The notes below the pieces were generated by a model. That model had not been told where the DNA came from. It did no database searches and was given only the letters and a program-made list of their open reading frames with translations. From NCBI RefSeq assembly GCF_009914755.1, contig NC_060935.1: DNA of 64,000 bases; one strand, 5' to 3'. The stretch comes from the human T2T-CHM13v2.0 reference genome, Homo sapiens. Within the stretch, counting starts at the first letter, position 1, and the number at the start of each line of letters is the position of its first letter. This document shows, piece by piece, positions 57,866 through 64,000 of the stretch. The position numbers and the translations under genes are program-made.

Positions 57866-59199
57866 AGATGTGGTTTGAGACTCATGGGATGCTCTGTAGG
57901 AAAGAGAGATGATGGAATAGAGTGATGAGCAACAAAGACTTGCACATAAATGGAAACATGTAGCCTATGTTATGATAGCAATTATTTGTTCTCCAATATT
58001 CCTCATATCTGAGACTTAGAAATGGCAGTGCAATTAGTGGCTAACTTATCTAAACAGCAATAGACTTTGGAAGAGGAAATGGTCTTCATGAATCATCTTC
58101 CCAACTTCTTAAAAGTGAGTTACAGAAGAGTTAAGGAGTTGTCCAAGGTCACATGCCTGAAATAAATCCATCTCCCAAATCAGGTCTTTTGAACCTTTAA
58201 CAGCTTTACACTTCTGTAGTCTATGTGATTTATTTGTATATAGTCATTTAATCCTCCCATCAACTCCATTAGATTGAGGAGCTATTACTCTATCTGGTAA
58301 TTTGGCAACAAAGATACTGAGTAATTTATTCAAGGTTACACATTTATTAATTTAAAAATTCAAACTTTATACCCAGAGTGGTTTCCAACCCAAACGCTGT
58401 TAATAGAATAGGATTGATTTTAATTTTATTTAGTTTACATTTACTTGTCTCCACTATACCAAGCTTAGTGCATGGGGTTGCATAGTAGAGCAATTCACAA
58501 CTAAATGCACAGTAAATGCAATGGGATAAATACAATATTAGAGCCATGTATAACACTGACAGTCAATTCTAAGGAAAATTACACCATTGGGCATAAAAGT
58601 TTGGACTATGAAAAGAAGTGTACTTGCACTCACATTTAAGTCCTACTGTTCATCACCTGGGAGACATTGCTCCTAAATGAAGTTCTCTGAGCTTCATTTT
58701 ATCCATCAATCAAATGAATGTGGTATTGGGACCTGCTCTAGGGATTATTGTAAGAACTAAATGAGATAATGCATGAAAAAGCACAAAGTGGGTATTAAGC
58801 ATAATACTAACGGGTGTGAGCACTTATACAATTATTAGGATAAAATGTCACTGTTTATATTAGTTTAGGAAAGGTAGGTGGCAACATGCAGGTGGGTGGT
58901 TTTGATGTCTGGTAGCCTTACTCTATGATTTGCCTTTCCCTACACACTATGTCTAAGGTCTCTTTTCTTTCCTCCAGTATTTCTCACTCTGTTCTTCATC
59001 TCCCGCATGAGTGGCTGTGCCAGCCATTTTTAGTGAGATCCCAGGGATTTTCAAGACCTCTTTTACCTAATATCTTCCCTGTGGTCCACAATTTAGTTTG
59101 TGATGAAAGGCTCCCCTTCAATCTTGGATTCAGTCTTACTGTCATTATTATCAATACTTAGCTTAACTATATATATTGAAGGTTGAAAGTCCATGGTTG

Positions 59200-60530
59200 T
59201 GTGTCCAGAATTGGTAGGTTCTTGGTCTCACTGACTTCAAGAATGAAGCCGCGGACACTCGCGGTGAGTGTTATAGTTCTTAAAGGCGGCGTGTCTGGAG
59301 TTTGTTCCTTCTGATGTTCGGATGTGTTCGGAGTTTCTTCCTTCTGGTGGGGTTCGTGGTCTCGCTGGCTTCAGGAGTGAAGCTGCAGACCTTCGCGGTG
59401 AGTGTTACAGCTCATAAAGGCAGTGCGGACCCAAAGAGTGAGCAGCAGCAAGATTTATTGCAAAGAGTGAAAGAAAGCTTCCACAGTGTGGAAGGGGACC
59501 CCAGCAGGTTGCCACTGCTGGCTCGGGCAGCCTGCTTTTATTCTCTTATCTGGCCCCATCCACATCCTGCTGATTGGTCCATTTTACAGAGAGCTGAGTG
59601 GTCTGTTTTGACAGGGTGCTGATTGGTGCATTTACAATCCCTGAGCTAGACACAAAGGTTCTCCACCTCCCCACTAGATTAGCTAGATACAGAGTGTCCA
59701 CACAAAGGTTCTCCAAGTCCCCACCAGAGTAGCTAGATACAGAGTGTGGATTGGTGCATTCACAAACCCTGAGCTAGACACAGGGTGCTGATTGGTGTGT
59801 TTATAAATCTTGAGCTAGATACAGAGTGCCGATTGGTGTATTTACAATCCCTTAGTTAGACATAAAGGTTCCCCACCAGACTCAGGTGCCCAGTTGGCTT
59901 CACCCAGTGGATCCCATATCCGGGCGGCAGGTGGAGCTGCCTGCCAGTCCCCGCCATGTGCCCGCACTCCTCAGCCCTTGGGTGGTGGATGGGACTGGGC
60001 ACCCTGGAGCAGGCAGTGGCACTCGTGGGGGAGGTTGGGGCCACACAGGAGCCCATGGAGGGGCGGGGCAGGCTCAGGCATGGTGGGCTGCATGTCCCCA
60101 GCCCTGCCCCGTGGGGAAGCAGCTAAGGCCTGGTGAGAAATTGAGTGCAGCGCCCGTTGGCTGGCACTGCTGGTGGACCCAGCACACCCTCCACAGCTGC
60201 TGGCCCGGGTGCTAAGCCCCTCATTGCCCGGGGCTGGCAGGGCTGGCTGGACGCTCTGAGTGCGGGGCCTGCCGAGCCCACACCCATGTGGAACTCGTGC
60301 TGGCCCCCAAGGACCATGTGCAGCTCCAGTTCCCTCCTGTGCCTCTCCCTCCACACCTCCCTGCAAGCTGAGGGAGCCAGCTCTGGCCTCGACCAGCCCA
60401 GGAAGGGGCTCCCACAGTGCAGCGGCCGGCTGAAGGGCTCCTCAAGCACGGCCAGAGTGGGCACCAAGGCCGAGGAGGTGCCGAGAGCGAGCAAGGGCTG
60501 TGAGGGCTGCCAGCACACTGTCACCTCTCA
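59200..60530 (-). mobile_element. Solo LTR12C (ERV9) LTR
   Basis: Minus strand runs tgagaggtgacagtgtgctggcag...ccaattctggacaca; tandem CCAAT/GATA subrepeats at 59570-59870; 4-bp TSD gttg at 59196-59199 and 60531-60534. Confidence 0.95.
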
Positions 60531-61795
60531 GTTGGGGCATGACACTAATCTTCAGATCAGTTCATGAGCACATTCAAGGTGTTTTAAGTATTTTTACTGT
60601 ATTTGTATTTAAATCCTTGGGAAGGATCTATTCTTTGGTAACTACTTTTCTCTATCATTTTCCTACCCCCTAAATACAATAACACATTATTTTACATGTT
60701 CAGATCTTAAATTATTTGTGTTTGTCAATACCTCACCCACATAATTTTATATGTACATATATTCTCATTGGGCCTACCTGGATAATCCAGGATAATCTCA
60801 ACATTTGAAAATCCTTAATTTAATCACATGTGTGCAGTCTCTTTTACCATATAAGGCAACATATTCATAGGTTCCAGGGATTATGATGCAGATTCTTTGT
60901 TGGCCATTATTTAGGCTGCCACAGTAGATATAAAAACAATATATAGTAGGTGAATTATCCATAGAGTTAGAGATTGTTGACTGAGCCATCTGCTCAGATC
61001 ACATGACCAATTTTCTAACTGTATATCTGTCACAGAGGTGCAGGAAGAGGTATTAACATCGAAGTTCACATACCTGGAATGTATCCATCTCCCAAAGCAG
61101 ATCAACCAAGATTAGTAGCAGGTTAAATATACTGCTTATGTGTAGTTTTTCTCATAGATAGAGAGATAATTATATACTAAGAAGATAGATATAGGTAACT
61201 GAGGGGGAGGGCGGTAGTGTATGCACACATACAGACATATACTTATATAACCTCATTTGCACTTAAGGAAATGGAGGATTCAAAGGTTAGATGTCCTCCT
61301 AAAATTCCACACCTAGTACAAAATATTCATGCTACAAACCCACATTTAACTGATTCCACTGACTGTGTCTTTAATCGCTGCATGCTAGATGTTCTAGATG
61401 AACAAATAAGGAAAGTATGAGATTGTGGACATATAAGTGAAAATGAGTAAGAATCTTGGTAGTTTCATGATGATTCTTCTGAAATGTAAATATTTGTCAT
61501 TTCACTCTGTTTGGGTGAGCTATCCTTTCCATGACAGGCTAACACATATAAACAGGATGAATTTACCACCTATTCAAAGAAACCATCATCTATCTTAAGT
61601 TTTTGCTTATCTTGTTAAGAAAAGTAGCATGTCATTTCATAAATATCACTGTACTATCTCCTGAATAAAATGTTTTTTTGCATTTGAATCCTAGACCCCA
61701 TGTCAAAGTTTAAGAAAAATTTTTTAGCCAGATCTGGGCTCAAAAACTCACAGAAGATGTAGCTGCACACTGCTTCTACATGAATTCTATTTATT

Positions 61796-62437
61796 GAGGT
61801 AGCTCCTTCTTTTCTGCAGGGGATATTTTCCAGTACCCCCAGTGGATGACTGAAACTGTGGATAGTACGAAATCCAATTATCATCAGTATAAACATGTTT
61901 CTGTTCATGTCTTACACCCCAAAATTTAATGCCTTTTTTTAAATCTTAACTAGCACTTACAACACGCTATGGCTGTAACTTTTGTAGTGTGAGGTGTGGC
62001 AACAAAACTAGCATGAATTCATTTTTCCTTCTTCACAGTTTCACAGATAGAAGATTCATTTTTACTGTAGATCTGAGAAACTTCAGCATACAATTTGTTA
62101 TTTTTCCTTGTTAAGTCAAGAACTTTCACCTTTTTAAGTAAAGGAAGCACTTTATGACTTTGCTTTGGCAAATCTAAATTGCCAGCATCACTATTTTTGC
62201 ACTTTGTGGCCATTTTTTTAAGTAAAATAAAAATTACTCCAACACAAGCCCTGTGATACTCTGACAGTCGATCTGATAACCAAGAGAGTGACTAAACTAC
62301 ATGCAGGTAGCATATCTGGATAGGTTGGACACAGGGATGATTCAATTTCCAGAAGGAAATTTAATATGTTTGCATTGCAGCTGACCTCAGGTAACCAAAC
62401 TTCAGAAAGTGAAACACTGGGTGAGGGGGAACTACTG
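61796..62437. mobile_element. MER44/Tigger7-like DNA transposon
   Basis: Degenerate TIRs (ggtagctccttcttttctgcaggggata... / ...gggtgagggggaactactg) interrupting the conserved intron block next to the 5'UTR exon donor. Confidence 0.8.
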
Positions 62438-62999
62438 CCTATTGATTATAAAAACTTATCTTGCTTCTTGAAAAGAAGGAAAAGGCATTCCTGAATTGTG
62501 AGTCTGCAATCAGAAATTTATCCCTGGAAGAACACATAAATAATATTGGAGAAACTTCTCTCATTTACTGGTTAAAAGATTCCAAGATTCCTGAGGCACA
62601 AAGAAAATAGAGACAAGATCCTTAACATGTAACTAGAAAGCCTGGCTTTAAGTCTTATATGTACTGTGGATTTATCTGTGTACACAAAAGAATTATTTAT
62701 CTTCTATTCAGCTCGGTTTCCTTATTTGTGGAATAAAAATAATAAAATTAAAAATTCCACATACTTTACAGAATTGTGTCTGCCAAATAGCAAATAAAGG
62801 TGAGTTTGGAAAGTACTTTAGTAAGGTGTTTTCCTTTCAACATTAAGCAACATAATATTTTTCTTGGGGTGTTTTTCCTGCCTGTGGTTGCAGACCCACT
62901 GTAAATGCTCAGTTTGGAGAGAGGCTGCTGTGTAATAAAAGAATTAGCTTAACGTCATTTCAATAAATGTTGACTGGAGGCTCTGCTCAGAGTTTTGTC

Positions 63000-63170
63000 T
63001 CTTTAAAATAATGTCATGTGGGTTCACAATGGAATTTCAGAGCCTAATGAAGGGGAATCAAGAGAAAATTATATGCGCATGGAGCTCTCTGGGGAATAGG
63101 GTTCCTATGAGGGCAATCGCTTCTCCTCATCCTCCTTATCAAGGAACAAGCAATTAAACTGCATGCAGGG
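63000..63170 (-). promoter_or_regulatory. Putative OR promoter, unit 5
   Basis: TAATGA 63045, TCTCTGGGGA 63086, TTCCTATGAGGG 63102, CAATTA 63151. Confidence 0.65.
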
Positions 63171-64000
63171 ACATAGTGAAGTATGTTGTTTAGCACATAT
63201 GTATATTTGGAGTGTCTACTGTCATTTCTTTTTCCCCCTCATTTTTATTAAGGTCTCATTTATAAAAAATCAAGAGTGGCTTGTTTAATTATTTGTTATG
63301 ATTATTGATATTTGAAATCTATTTCTAAAATTTTATTTTATATTCTGCCTACCATGTTTTTATTTTGTTTTTCACCTTTCCAATTTTTAGGTGTTATAAC
63401 TAAATATCGGGCTACTAGAAATTTTAGGAGATTGATAAATAATATCTTTTTTCCTTCCTTTTTATGATGAATAGAAAAATATAACATAGTTGTATAAGGC
63501 AGAAGATTAAAATCTGCCTTAATCCTGGTAAGCCATTTCAAAATTTTTTCAGATCTTTAAGCAGAGGGCTTCTTTTATTCTTGGAATTACTTTCCTGCAG
63601 CAAACACTGTTAGTACTTTACCCACTCTCCCCTGGTATTCATTGCCCCTGTGATGGCCAAAGCATATTATTAAAAATTATTAATAGTCTGTAATTCTTGA
63701 GCTGAGGGCTTATTTTGCAGTACAAATATGATCAGCTCACATGTGAGTCATTTCATTCCTCTGGCAGCTGTCATCAGTAAATGTCAGAGGAAGTAGAGCC
63801 AAAAATTCTCCAGATTCCTTACTTTCCAGATGTTATCTGAGGATTCTTTGTACATAGTTCTTAGTACAATGGAACTTCAGATGTCCACAGATGTTACCTA
63901 TGCACAAGGGAAACCCTGTATTGACTTTTCCTTCTTCTCTCTTTCCTGCTACCTTACCAGTGCTTTCTGCTATTAACCCCCAAATAAACTACTTGGATTT

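Noticed and set aside
59570-59870. Regularly spaced repeats resembling a CRISPR-like array
   Set aside because: These are the known CCAAT/GATA enhancer subrepeats of LTR12; there are no unique spacers and the context is eukaryotic.
59302-60567. GC-rich island with many overlapping ORFs
   Set aside because: Entirely within LTR12C; the ORFs are a by-product of high GC content.

Overview
AT-rich, repeat-dense primate (human-like) DNA containing a tandem array of five minus-strand class II olfactory receptor genes of subfamily 5B. One is intact: OR5B17, 27531-28475, 314 aa, which points to the human chr11q12 OR cluster. The other four are pseudogenes at about 13.1-14.1, 18.3-19.2, 35.2-36.2 and 56.9-57.9 kb; from recalled gene order these are probably OR5B19P, OR5B10P, OR5B1P and OR5B15P. 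Each gene sits in a duplicated 3-6 kb cassette: coding exon, splice acceptor about 30 nt upstream of the ATG, MIR-containing intron, small 5'UTR exon, and a promoter block. In all five promoter blocks a homeodomain-type site and an O/E (EBF)-type site start exactly 41 bp apart. Other notable structure: a recurrent frameshift site shared by three pseudogenes, codon-2 nonsense mutations in two, a near-intact pseudogene split into two overlapping half-receptor ORFs, a DPYSL5 (CRMP5) processed-pseudogene fragment hit by a Ricksha/MuDR transposon, a young L1 with a 3' transduction, two twin-primed L1s, a five-level nested TE stack, and a sense-oriented solo LTR12C in an OR pseudogene intron. I found no new protein-coding system. 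Repeat subfamily names come from recalled consensus sequences and need RepeatMasker/Dfam confirmation.
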